NCBI GenBank assembly: GCA_951406725.2
Contig: OX597820.1
Span: 88,536,001-88,600,000, forward strand
From: Octopus vulgaris
Taxonomy: Eukaryota
Direction: 5' to 3'
Length of the DNA stretch: 64,000 bases
The position numbers and the translations under genes are program-made. Below are positions 12,996-25,495 of this stretch, one piece after another. The notes under the pieces are model-generated. The model was not told the origin of the DNA and did not search any database. It worked only from the letters and a program-made list of their open reading frames with translations. Position 1 is the stretch's first letter. The number at the start of each line of letters is the position of its first letter.

Positions 12996-14710
12996 TTCTA
13001 ATGGTTGTATGAATAATGGTGTTATGTCGACTCCAGTGCACGGCTAGTATCTTATTTTTTTCGACTCTGGAAAAAGATGGATGGATGGGTGGGTGGCAGA
13101 GTCAGGCATAGTCAAGGATTCACTTCGAAAGACGCCACTCTCGAATATCTGCCGATAAACAAAACGACTCTCTCTCTCTCTCTCTCTCTCTTTTTCTGTC
13201 TCTGTCTCTTTCTCTCTCTCCTTCTCCCTCTGCCTCTCCCTTCTCTCTTTGTCTTATCTATCACTACTTCAACGGCCTCTATTTAATAGCGCTACACCTA
13301 GTTACATACCTCTTTCATCCAAGCGCCCGTGCCGCACCAGTCTTCATCATTCATTCTACTAAAAGAATGTTATGTTTCGCGCGCGTGTGTGTATAGGGGA
13401 GACAGATAAATTATGCGCAGATGATTAAGGTGGAGAGAATACTGAAACAGTTATATATTGTGGGTTATCAAATAAATTCGTTTTTTTCTTTACAATGTTA
13501 TTTGAATTAACGTGAAAAATATTAGAGCTTTTAGGTAATTTTCTTTTTTTCTTTTTTTTTGTAAGTCTATTCTTCCTCTGCAACTTTTATTTCATCGTTT
13601 TGGGAATTCAAATAAATTTTACATTTTTTTTCAGACGTATGGCGAGGAACTGCCAGATAAAAATAAATAAATAAAAAACAACAAAAAAAAACGTGAATTT
13701 TCGACACCTGTTTCTCTTCGCTTTTAACCAAGATTCCAAACTGCCAAAGCCGCTCGAGATATTTCTGCTGTGTACGGAGGAGACGTTATTACGGACAGAA
13801 CAGCATAAGGATGGTTTTCGCGCTTCAAGAAAGAGGAATTCGATTTCACAGGCGCTTACTGAACGCTGGCACGAAAACGTGAGCAATGATGGAGAATATA
13901 TTATTGACCGCCTTTTTAAAATAAAGATTAAAGAAAATGGTAAAAGAAAAAAAAAAGAAACCAGATGCAGTCATGGCTGTGTGGTAAGTGGTTTGCTTCC
14001 CAACCACACGGTTGCGGGTGAGTCGGCATCTTGAGCAAGTGTCCTCTACTGTAGCATCTGGCTGACCAGAGTCAGGAATTGATAGATGAAAACTGAAAGA
14101 AGTCTGGCGTAAATAATATGTGTGTATGGGTGGGGTGGGGTGTGCGCGCACGCATGCGCGTGCGTGTGTTTGAGGATATGTGTGTGTGTATGTGAAAGAG
14201 AGAGAGAACAAGAGACAGAGAGGGAGAAGGAGAGAAGGAGAGACAAAGATAGAGAGGAGAGAAACAGTAAAAGAGAGAGAAAGAGAGAAATTGATTAACA
14301 CTATTACTGTCCATTAATGATGATGAGAAGGAAATGTTCGAAATATTAGGATGTTTTTTACAATGACATTTATGATCTCTCTCTTTCTTTCTTCCTTCTT
14401 CTCACACTCTCTATCTCTCTCCATCTCTCTCTCTCTCTTTCTTCTTCTCTCTCTCGTGTGTGTGTGTGCGCACGCTTTCTTTTTTAAAATTAGCGAACAT
14501 CTTTAGATTATGAAAACTATGAAAGCTATGAAAACAATAGAAATGATGATATAAGAGAAATTCTTGAATGACAAACGGCGTTCGCAAAGAATGATAATGA
14601 TGATGTTGATGCAGTTGATGTTTATGATGATGATTAGGACATTGATAGCTACTATCTATCTATCTATCTATCTAAGAAACTTATCTATCTATCTATCTAT
14701 TTATCTATCC

Positions 14711-14824
<114 letters not shown>

Positions 14825-15187
14825 TTATCTATCTATTTATCTGTCTAACTATCTATCTGTCTGGCTGGCTGTCTGTCTGTCCGTCCGTCCTTATGTCAGC
14901 CTGTCTGACTATTTTATCGTTCTATGTGCGTGTGTGTGTGTGTATGTATATCATTATTCAGTTTTATTTCAAGACTTCTTACCAATAGAGAAAGAGCCGG
15001 TTAATAACCTAGATCAAAGGCGCCTTCACTGGAATTTCAACCACATCAACAGGGTATTTTTGTATGTATGCATATAAGCAGGTTTTTATGCTTTGTTTTA
15101 TGTTTGTATTCTCATGCATATAGTTGCATATCTAGACATTCTCATATATCCTTAAATGATAAACTTCTGGAAAGTTTTATGTATGTC

Positions 15188-16349
15188 CTAGCGGGATCCG
15201 TGAATATTTCACGGAATTATTTGTAAACCTATCGGGTTATTCCTGAAAACTTTATCCGAAAAGCCTGAGAGCGTTGCTTGTGTTGTGTTTGTATAAAAAA
15301 ATAGTCGCTTATCTGCTATTCATTGAAAAGTGAAGGAAATTGGAATACGATGATTGCTTAATGCACTTTACATATATACTTTGTATACTTTATGCACAAT
15401 TTTATAGACTTAATACACAGCATTCATATAATGAATATTCACTCTTATTTTTCCATTTTCCACTTAAACAGAAAAAATTGCGCTTCAGAATTTAGATGGT
15501 CACAATTTTATATCTAGAAAACAAAAAAATTATAGTAAAAAAATTATTTTGTATGTAATATATAGGGGTCGCAATTTCACGGGGGGTAAAAATTTAATGC
15601 AACATGGCCTACTCGGAAAACCACATCGTTGATAACAAGACGATGGGTCAGAGCCAAATCACAATTCAGTTTGCGTACATCTTTCAATCCAATACTTCTT
15701 TGCAGATTTTGTACTTCGTGTAAATTCTCTCTTTTCTTTTCCCTTGTTTGTCAGAGTTGATAACTTTAAATCTCACCTCAGATAATTTACGAGTTGCTGA
15801 CAATGCAGCATATAGCTGACCATGGCCGAATACAGGTTCGGGCAAAAACGTCCCCACTTTATCAAATGTCTGCCCTTGTGATTTATTGATAGTCATTGCG
15901 TATGACAGGCGAACGGGAATCTGGTGAATGGCAATTTTGGGATGCGCATGCGTTAAGTGATAGGTGATATAAAATGCTTAACTCAATTAAAAAAGAAATA
16001 CTTTTTACTATGCACTCACCACCACCACTACCACCAATTGAGTAAACCTATCAGTAATGTATCTATAATGAATACTCGAAACAGCTGTAGGCCAAATTTG
16101 CTCCAATAAAGGAATTACATGTAATGACCATTATTTTAACTTGTTTCTTGTATATCACTCTGTAAATACCAGTTTTAATTGAGCCCTTCCACGGATTTAC
16201 AATGTAGAATTATAATGAACCATAACTTTGGGCCCTACCAAAAGATTACTTGGAGTTCTTCACTAATCTAACTAATTTTGTTAGCCTGGGGTTCCAGTAG
16301 AGGGCTTATGAAATATTTTTGCCCAGATCGATAACCCCTCACTATTTCT

Positions 16350-16360
<11 letters not shown>
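15188..16360 (-). mobile_element. Non-autonomous Helitron carrying a Pif1-type helicase C-terminal fragment
   Basis: 3' end has hairpin ccgtgaaatattcacgg then CTAG (15191-15188); the 5' end merges into (TA)n; internal helicase fragment present. Confidence 0.75.
15684..15923 (-). pseudogene. Helitron RepHel/Pif1 helicase C-terminal fragment
   Basis: [40 protein letters not shown], matching helicase motifs V-VI. Confidence 0.88.
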
Positions 16361-16433
<73 letters not shown>

Positions 16434-16436
16434 TAC

Positions 16437-16584
16437 TAAAACGGTTTGATTCGGTTCTATGAGATTTAAAGTTTCGCAGGTCTCTCACAGAAGCCCGATT
16501 ACCAAATCTATAGCATGAAAGCGACGGGTTTTGTTAGAGGCCTGCGAAACTTTAAGTCGCATGAAACCGAATCAAACAGTTTTA
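16437..16584. repeat. Fold-back element: ~60-bp inverted arms with a 27-nt loop
   Basis: taaaacggtttgattcggtt...aaagtttcgcaggtctct...cccg pairs with cggg...agaggcctgcgaaacttt...aaccgaatcaaacagtttta. Confidence 0.85.
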
Positions 16585-16691
16585 AATGATATGTGTAAAT
16601 CCTACTGCGTTGAGTGTCTTTTTCTTCCGTTTGTCCACTCAGTTGTACACGCGTGCGCGCATCTCCACACATGTGTGTATGTGTGTGTATA

Positions 16692-16740
<49 letters not shown>

Positions 16741-16917
16741 GATTATACATACATACATACACTCCTAAGTGCAATATTGCGTATGTGCAATATGTATATG
16801 TATATATATATATATACATACATATATACATATATATATTCATATATACATATATACATATATATATATATACACATATATATACATACATGCATATATA
16901 CATATATACATACATGC

Positions 16918-16960
<43 letters not shown>

Positions 16961-17907
16961 TATATATATATGAATATGTATATATATGTATATATGTATG
17001 TATGTATGTATGTATATATATGTATGTATGTATATATGTATGTATGTATTTATGTTTGTATGTATGTACATATATAGTAGGTATGTTAGATTCCTAAAAT
17101 TTGGCAAGAAATGTAACAGCAGCAGAAATTAAAAATATTTAATCTCTAGATCTGGCCGTATAACGAAAATATTATTTTTCATCTTTTTCTTGTTTCTTTT
17201 TTTTTTCTTTTCTTTTCTTTTTTTCCTGTTTTTCTCAGTTCTTATTTAAAAAAAATATAGACACATCATCAGACTGGCTGGAAAACAGATGGTTCCAGTC
17301 AAAATGTAAAATATTTCTTTGTTCTAGGCTTCAACATATTTTTAATGCCATATTTTAATATCATATTCTATCCGATAGCAGTCCTTTCATTTTTTTTGTC
17401 GCCGTTGGAATACAACATCCTCGTGCTGTTTTTTTCACACAATTCAAACATTCCGTTCCCACCTCGCTGGTCTGTCTTATATTCTGACTGAAGACACGAA
17501 ATTATACTGCTTTTTCGCCTCACGTCTCCTATAACTTTCCTACCACTTCATGAGTTTTTATCCCGTGTACGAGGTCGGATGAATTTAGTTAGATCATTGG
17601 GATTTCCAAGATATCAGAAGTATCCATCAATGGGTGATGGCTCTGTTGATGTATTATTTGGAGCGGTGAATAATAGTTAAATATATCGTTTTCAATATTC
17701 AAATGGAAAAAATATATTTTATTGATATCTGAGGGCCAAGTAGATAAAAATGGAAATTGATCTCAGTATGTAAAAAGACCTAAGTAAAATTCGCAAATTC
17801 TTTCGTTCGATGCTCTACCGATTTTCCTCTTTAAATATCCCCGTTAAAATTCCTATCTGTATTTGAAGGAGGAATTATAACAAAGCTAAGGTTCCATTAT
17901 TCGATTA

Positions 17908-18706
17908 TGCTCATACACAAAAGTACAGATTTCGCTAGCTTAGGACCTGGGTATCTTGGTGGATTCCTCCTTTTCACTTTCGGCCCAGTGCGTCCATGCT
18001 GCCAACAAAGAAGGCGGAGTTCTGTTCTTGATTCGACGGTCATTCGGAATGCTCACAGCAGCCATATTCCTACCGCTCTATGTCACGCTGGTGAGACCCA
18101 TATTGGAGTACGGGATTCAAGCCTCTTCTCCTTATCTCCTCAAAGACATACAGCATCTCGAAAGAGTCCAGAAGCTGGCTACCCGCATGGTTCTTGGTCT
18201 CAAGAATTTGTCTTATGAAGAAAGGCTGAAGACGCTCGACCTTTATTCTCTAGAAAAACGACGACGCCGTGGTGATCTCATTCTTGCTCTCACAACATCA
18301 TAAGCGGAAAGTGTAACCTCTCGAAGGAGCTGTTCTTCACTCCTGCTCCAGAGCGTCGGCTGCGGGGTCATTCCGAAAAGCTCTATCTGCGACGATTTCA
18401 TCTCAATCGAAGGAGAGGAGCTTTCTCCGTCCGGGTTGCGGATCCGTGGAATAAGCTGCCGGACGAGATGGTGAAGATGCCGACGACCGCTCGGTTCAAA
18501 GTCTCCTTTGACCACAAGTGGCCTGAACTCTTTACATGAATACCACCCTGTACATACCTCCATGTCCCCCTACATGGCCTTGCTTTTTTGCTTTTTGAGC
18601 CAAAAAATTAACTAACTAACTAACATGAAATCAAAGATTTCGCTAGCTCACACGCAAAAGTACAGATTTCGCTAGCTCATACACACAAGTACAGATTTCG
18701 CTAGCT
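17908..18706 (+). repeat. 29-bp minisatellite (gctcatacacaaaagtacagatttcgcta) with units on both sides of the CR1 insertion
   Basis: One unit at 17908-17940 and three gatttcgctagct units at 18636-18706. Confidence 0.75.
17943..18623 (+). mobile_element. 5'-truncated CR1-clade LINE (RT C-terminus, 3' UTR, (TAAC)n tail)
   Basis: DLGILVD...LYVTLVRPILEYG...LERVQKLATRMV.GLKNLSYEERL..LDLYSLEKRRRRGDLI...RGHSEKL...WNKLP; one frameshift. Confidence 0.9.
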
Positions 18707-19566
18707 TAAACATTTCACTCGAGGTGGGGAACAGCAAATTTAAGCGAATTCAGTAAACAGCCTCCTGTCCGGCACCATTGAGACCGGAGGATTGCCGAAT
18801 AACTGATCATCACTTTTTAAATTGCCATAGCAAGTGCAAAACTCATTAAAACGTTTTATATACATTAGTATTATCATTAATATTCTAATACAACGGAACT
18901 GAGGAAAATAGGAAGAAATAATTAATTAACACAAAGTAACCCAAATATAGGCTGTTTGAGAGTTATTTGAGAACCAGACAAGAGTGAGTTTACCGTATTT
19001 ACTAGAAAATCTCTAATAAGAGAAACATAAACTGTCTACGAACAATCAAAAGACCATATCGATCCGGGATTCATCTGACAGCCAAGGTTAAGTGTCCACT
19101 CACATTCTTGCAAACCGTGACTTGGACCGCTCTGTCACGCAATTCTCACTACTCCATCCCACCTTTTAGTAAATTGCCTGGAAGGTAACACCTTGCTGCC
19201 CTCAATTCCCGTCATACATTTGATGAAACTCTTCGATAAAACTCCATAAGTGAGCAATGGACCGGAACGGGGCAAGTACATGAAGATCTGTTTCATCACT
19301 CTACATACATCTCAGATAGGGTCGGTTGACGATAATTCCGTGCCTGTAGAATTTCTCCCCTCAAATAATTCAAATCTGAAGAATCTACTAAAGTAGATGC
19401 AAGCGCTGTTGTGTGATTTATAAAAACCTGTGACATATTAATAAAAATTTGTAAATGTACAATCATCCAGATTTCTGAGTACCCTATTTTTTCCAATATA
19501 TAATACATGTAACATCACCTCCAAACCTAATATATATATATATATATATATATTAAATTTTGCATT

Positions 19567-19637
19567 TATATAGAGTCTGATGAGCTGTCCACAAGGCTTT
19601 GCTTTGTGGATGCGAAATCTTGGGTAACTCTCTGTAT
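19567..19637 (+). ncRNA. Type I hammerhead ribozyme motif
   Basis: agagt-CTGATGA-G[ctgtccacaagg ctttg ctttgtggatg]C-GAAA-tc ttg gg-TA-actct. Intact core, G-C closed long stem II, short stem III, GUA triplet, stem I agagt/actct plus extension. Confidence 0.75.
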
Positions 19638-19687
19638 CCAAGGTATAATATGTGTGTGTGTGTTACGCTTTATATATATATAAATAA

Positions 19688-19736
<49 letters not shown>

Positions 19737-19740
<4 letters not shown>

Positions 19741-20250
19741 AACATATGTTTTCCAGCTAAGTGTGACGTCCTGTACAGGACAGTGCTACAGATATTTATC
19801 GCCCCAGGAAGATATCTCCTCCAGCTGGCTAACGACACTCATTCTGTGTCCGATTGGTATTTGCGAGGAAATGTCATCGCTCCCATCTTTAGCCTTACAT
19901 GATACACAGGGACTCGAGTTTCTGAGTGGTTACCCGTCCTCAGCGTGTGCTAATCATCAGCTAGTGATGGAAGCTCATTTCACTCGCAAATTACTATATA
20001 TTTTTCTTGCGACTCGCTGTTTCTGATCTCGTAGAGGAGAGAGAATGTTATATTAAATCTCAAAGCGAGATATACACAGTAGCAGTAGCAGTACGGAAAC
20101 CGTAACATATATTTGCCAACTAAATGTGGCATTCTATACAGGACAGTGCTACTGATGTTTATAGCCTCAGGAAGACATCTCCTCCAGCTGGCTAACGACA
20201 CACATTCTGTGTCCGATTAGTATTTACGAGGGGAGATCGCTGCTCTCATC
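19737..20250 (-). mobile_element. Retrozyme/Penelope pseudo-LTR-like unit: ~360-bp monomer plus ~150-bp partial direct repeat
   Basis: 19737-19890 recurs at 20100-20250 (caggacagtgctac...ctcctccagctggctaacgacac...ttctgtgtccgatt). The hammerhead lies between the repeats, and the unit is flanked by microsatellites. Confidence 0.6.
19904..19950 (-). ncRNA. Minimal type I hammerhead ribozyme motif (Penelope/retrozyme type, slightly degenerate)
   Basis: Minus strand reads gcacacg-CTGAGGA-cgggt aacc actca-GAAA-ctcga-GTC-cctgtgt. Palindromic stem III (actcgagt), GUC triplet, stem I 6/7 paired, mismatch at the base of stem II. Confidence 0.65.
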
Positions 20251-20254
20251 TCTC

Positions 20255-20288
<34 letters not shown>

Positions 20289-20289
20289 C

Positions 20290-20369
<80 letters not shown>

Positions 20370-20685
20370 ATATATATATATATATATTATGCAGTTCTTG
20401 TTATTATGTGCAATATACTATGCATGACATATAGCTAGTAATTTAAAGCTCAATAAATTAGAGTACATTCCAGTATTAAGAAATTCAAAATGTATTGCGT
20501 ATTGTATAGTGACATATTCAGCTGCATCACTTGTACTGTTCGTCTGTAATGTATACAAAACAAATGTGTTAGAGGGAAGAACTGAAGGCGATACAATATT
20601 CGTCTTTAAATGATAAAATTAATATTGAAAATACAAATGATTTAGATGTTAAATGTGTCGTTTTTCTTATTTTTCTTGTATATGA

Positions 20686-20743
<58 letters not shown>

Positions 20744-20774
20744 ACACACATACAGTTATGTTATATATAATCGG

Positions 20775-20944
20775 AGTGACTGTGTGGCAAGAAGCTTGCT
20801 TTCCAATCACATGGTTGCAGGTTCGGTCCCACTACGTGTCACCTTGGGCAAGTGTTTTCTACTATAATCTCGCGCCAATTAAAGCCTTGTGAGTGGATTT
20901 GGCAGACGGAAACTTAGAGAAGCCCATCGTATGTGTGTGTGTGT

Positions 20945-20987
<43 letters not shown>

Positions 20988-21152
20988 CGTGTCTGTGCTC
21001 CAGTCACTGTTTGATAACCGGGGCAAGTGTGTTTACGTCCCCGTAAAAGAAACCGATAGAATAAGTACTAGGCTTAAGAAATAAGTCCTGAGGTCAATGC
21101 GGTGCTCCAGCATGGCTGCAGTCCAATGACAGAAACAAGTAAATGAATAAAA
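20775..21152 (+). mobile_element. SINE family A
   Basis: Collinear similarity to 43121-43535. Confidence 0.8.
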
Positions 21153-21217
21153 GAACGCATGAATGTACACACGCACACAGAGACACGCATACGCATACAC
21201 AATTACATACATATATG

Positions 21218-22998
21218 TAGGGTGTCCCCAAAATGTATACAGACGTTGAATGCATATAACGTCACTACTTATATAAATGCATTCCATTTTCAAACTTTTG
21301 TCGAATCTGCAGATAGAATGTAATCCTATTTTTGTATCAACGTCACTTTCTAAACTAATAAGCGTCCTGCTCCAGATACTGGTGATAATACAAGGTAATA
21401 AAATCGTAAACATTAAGAAACATTTCGGTCAGTATTTGTGCATCTTCTTCAATAGCTGTCCTCAATTCATCCACTGTTGCCGGTTTTATATGATAAACTC
21501 TATCTTATAAGTACCCATAAAGAACGTCTAGTGGTGTGCTCTAATTCACCTCCTTGGCAAATCTCATTAACATCATCCTTAAACTACTCTGGTAGTGTAG
21601 GAGTGATCCACGTTTGTCTTCAAAGTCCCCTTGAATGCTTGGCATGACAGATTGTTACAGCAAGTTTAAGCTGCACCATACTGCAAATCCTGGTAAAGTA
21701 ACATCCTCCGTAATATGCACATTCTCAGATCCCCAGTACGTGCAATTGTGACGGTTTATTAAGCCACTTAATTTACATGTAACCTTCCAGACTAAGCACT
21801 CTTGTTGGAAAGTATGCACCTTCTTCACATCTTGCCAAGTACCACTCTGAAAATGTCATTCTTCTGCCGGATTATCTTCATTGAAAGCATGGGCTGTTCT
21901 TGGAATGTAACTTATCCAAGGATAGCTTTTTAATGTGTGATGGACGCTTGATTTTGAAATTCCTCTCTCACAAATTCCTTGCCGTACAGATTTTCTTGAA
22001 CTCTTGTAATACGTTTCTTGCTTTGTGGAGCTGGTCAATGTTCGCACTCTTCCGGAACATTTTTTGTGAACATTCAGAACAGTTCCAACTGCATCAACCA
22101 TATCTCTAATTCGAGTGATAGTAAGTCGCTAGTGTGGATCTCCTGGAAGCTCCCTCTTAGTTAGTTAGTTAGTTAGTTAATTTGGCTCAAAAGCAAATAG
22201 CAAGGCCATGTAGGGGGACATGGAGTTAAGTACAGGGTGGTGTTCATGTAAAGAGTTCAGGCCACTTGAGGTCAAGGGGGGCTTTGAACAAAGCGGTCGT
22301 CAGCATCTTCACCATCTCGTCTGGCAGCTTGTTCCACGGATCCGCAACCCGGACGGAAAAAGCTCCTCTCCTTCGATTGAGATGAAATCTTCGCAGGTAG
22401 AGCTTTTCGGAATGACCCCGCAGCCGACGCTCTGGAGCAGGAGTGAAGAACAGCTCTTTCGAGAGGTTACACTTCCCGCTTATGATGTTGTGGGCGAGAA
22501 TGAGATCACCACGGCGGCGGCGTTTTTCTAGAGAATAAAGGTCGAGCGTCCTCAGCCTTTCTTCATAGGGCAAATTTTTGAGACCATGAACCATGCGGGT
22601 AGCCAGCTTCTGGACTCTTTCTTTGCACTTTCACTGCGTTTTTAAACTTCCACTGGCACTATAGAATAAATTTTCTGATTTCAAAGCTTATTATGGCCCT
22701 CTTCATTATTTTAAATGGGTTAAAGGCGTAAGCTAGCTAAGTTAGAAAGTCGAGGAAAATACTCCGTAGCATATCTCCCGAGCCATTACATACTGAGGTT
22801 GACTTTGCCTTTCATCCTTTCAGGGGTCAATAAAATATAGTACCAGTCAAGTATTTGGGTCTATGTAATCGACTATCCCTTCCCTCAGAAGTCCTGGTCT
22901 TGGGCCAAAATTAGAAAGGGTTATTTCTAATGGGTTAAATCTAAAAAGGAGTGTTGTCAGCTTTTAAAGTGTGTATACATTTTTTTGGTGATACCCTG
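21218..22998 (-). mobile_element. Decayed DD41D-like Tc1/mariner element with nested CR1 fragment and SINE
   Basis: TIRs agggtgtccccaaaatgtatac / gtatacattttttggtgataccctg+TA. Residual peptides GTVLNVHKKCSGR, KSVRQ...GISKSSVH and TPLDVLYGYL*DRVY on the - strand. Confidence 0.75.
22158..22620 (-). mobile_element. 5'-truncated CR1-clade LINE, same family, nested in a mariner
   Basis: Reverse complement of about 18160-18623 with a (TAAC)n tail and the peptide YEERLRTLDLYSLEKRRRRGDLIL. Confidence 0.9.
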
Positions 22999-23536
22999 TA
23001 TATATATATACATGCACACATACGCGCATATACACACAAGCACATGCACACACTCACACACTCACTCACACACACATGCATACACACGCGTGCGTGCGCA
23101 CACATGCGTGCGTGCGCACACATGCGAACATAAAAAAAAGAAAATTAAATAGTAGAGAAAATAGAAAGTAAGGTAATCCTGAGTTGCTGAGTTGACTAAT
23201 CTTTCTATCAGCCAAGCAGAACACCAAATATATTACGATAAAGTTAGGGGAGCGAGAGAAAGAGAGAGAGAAGCACAATTTGTCTCCAGATGGAACTTTT
23301 TATCCTGTTGAGAAAATATTCTCATATCAGAACTTACAAGTCATAACTAAGCAATAACTGTGTTTACCAGTGTAACCGAAGGAGGGAGAGTGAGTCGTCA
23401 CAGAAGACGGCTGGTGACTGGTTGGTACAGCTGAAAGCAGGACGAGGAGCCAGTGAAAAGGTCGGTGGTTCGTCTCATAAAGCATGACTTCTCTTTATTG
23501 CATATTTCGAAGAGATTTTGAATACTAAAGAGTTAA

Positions 23537-23760
23537 CCCCTTAGTATTCAAACCGGACATATCAGGCTCAGTTATTCTACTTGTTTTATGTTCGAATTGA
23601 CCAAGTCAGGCCTCTTTCACCAACATTGTAATGCCATTCTAAAAAAAATGAACAACCACATCATCGAAATCTCGTAACTGTGAGATAATGTATGATTAAT
23701 TTAAGAATAATGTGAATAAATAAGCAATACATTTGACGGAATAATCTGATTTCTAAAGGG
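23537..23760. mobile_element. piggyBac-type MITE
   Basis: TTAA|ccccttagtattca ... tgatttctaaaggg|TTAA. Confidence 0.7.
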
Positions 23761-24199
23761 TTAAAAAGCCTCTGAAACTTATGAGAGATGATATCCTCAG
23801 GCCGGAGATTTGGACCGAATGCTAGCAATAGATTGCTGTGATCAGCTAAGGACACTTATGGACCATGTGGCGCTGTTAAACGGTGGTGTATTAAGCATAT
23901 ATATCATAGATAAGTCAGATAGATTTTGATCATTATCGGCCCTTATGTTTAATTTAATGGCAAAAAGAAAACAAACCCAAGACAAAAGGTAGCGAGGGAT
24001 TTCATAAACATGTGTAAACAATAAAAATTATAACAAATAACAAAAGATTTACAACGAAACTTTGCGGTGGTGTGGTGACATAGGGACGACCAAGGATCCC
24101 ACAGTTTCCGAATCATCCTGTACACCAAGTGTACTGTAGCAGCTCCTCTTCTCTCCTCCGTACTTTATTGCCTCCAATGATTTGAGAAATAATGATTTC

Positions 24200-24406
24200 A
24201 AATTTTGGTACGAAGTCAGCTGTTTCGGAGGAGTGGGTAAGTCGTTTATATTGACCCCAGTGTTCAACTGATACTTATTTTATCGACCCCGAACAGATGA
24301 AAAGGGAAGTTGACCGCGGCAGAATTTGAACTCAGATCATAAAGTCGGACGGAATGCTACTTAGTAGTTCGTCCAACATGCTAACGATTCTGCCAGCTCG
24401 CCGCCT
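24200..24406 (-). mobile_element. SINE family B, old subtype
   Basis: ggcggcgagctggcagaatcgttagc head and Meta-like core. Confidence 0.75.
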
Positions 24407-24750
24407 TAAACAAAAACGACAACACCGACAACAACAATAATAATTTCTTTTATTAGCCACAGGAGGATAAGGAAGAAGAAAAAGAAGAAGAAGAAGAAGA
24501 AGAAGAAGAAGAAGAAGAAGAAGAAGAAGAAGAAGAAGAAGAAGAAGAAGAAGAAGAAGAAGAAGAAGAAGAAGAGCAACAACAACAAAAACAACAATAG
24601 TTTTTGCCTATTTGTCAATTAGACAAGGTTCAATGCAATTAAATTATGTTCTGCAGGCCAACCTCAATAGGGGACAACTTAATTTGTCAATTGTTGTAAC
24701 AGGTTTAAGGTGGACTACTGTCCCCATTTCTCCAACAGCAATGACTGACT

Positions 24751-24800
<50 letters not shown>

Positions 24801-25495
24801 TGATTTCTCATGCACCAAGCCCTGTCATAGCTGTAATACAAAATGGTGCTGATCCCTATAGTTAAAAGCATGCGCGTAGCGTTGTGAATCTGGCGAGGAT
24901 ATCGTGTGCTAATGGTGTTTAGATTAAACCTTGAGGATGAATGAACTCCACTACACAGGCACAAGGCACTGTGCCATTACGTCTCAAGAGATTGTGGGGC
25001 CCACTATGACCTTCACACTGATTTCTTATCTCTATTTTAATGTGACAGTGTCATCAGAGCTTGTATAACTTTTAGCTAGTACTATAGTTGCCGTTGTTAT
25101 TGTTGCTTTGTTGCTTAGGTCGGAACTAATTGAGCACAAGTATGAACAAAAACGTTCAAGTCGTGAGCCTGGTGTCTTTATCCTGGACATTGTGAGTGTA
25201 TCTAGAAGTACAACATCCAAATTGTCCTTTCAGATAGGTTCAGGGTCGAACCTTTGGCAGTGAAGACCTCCGGTGTTTTCGGCCTCCGAACCATATCCCT
25301 GTTCGCCCCTATCGGGATCGGAGTTGGTTTTCCGCAAGTGCAAACCCTGAGAGTCAGAATGGCCGTCCCGGCGCGTCTCCCTCACTATCCTCCAGGTACA
25401 CTGCCCTTTCCATTTTGTCTGCTTGGACTGACTTATATGAAATAGTAAGTTCCATTCCTTAATGTGAAGTTACTTCATATATAAATATATATGAA

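Noticed and set aside
15684-15923. Host Pif1 helicase exon
   Set aside because: Sits upstream of a Helitron hairpin-CTAG terminus, has degenerate motifs and no other exons are visible
17470-17510. ctgaagacacgaaa hammerhead-like core; also 14985-15035 on the - strand
   Set aside because: No stem II or cleavage triplet in the first; non-canonical core in the second
25230-25420. GC-rich segment ending ggcgaacaggg on the - strand, reminiscent of an HDV-like ribozyme
   Set aside because: I could not build P1/P3/P1.1 pairings by eye; needs an RNAMotif search
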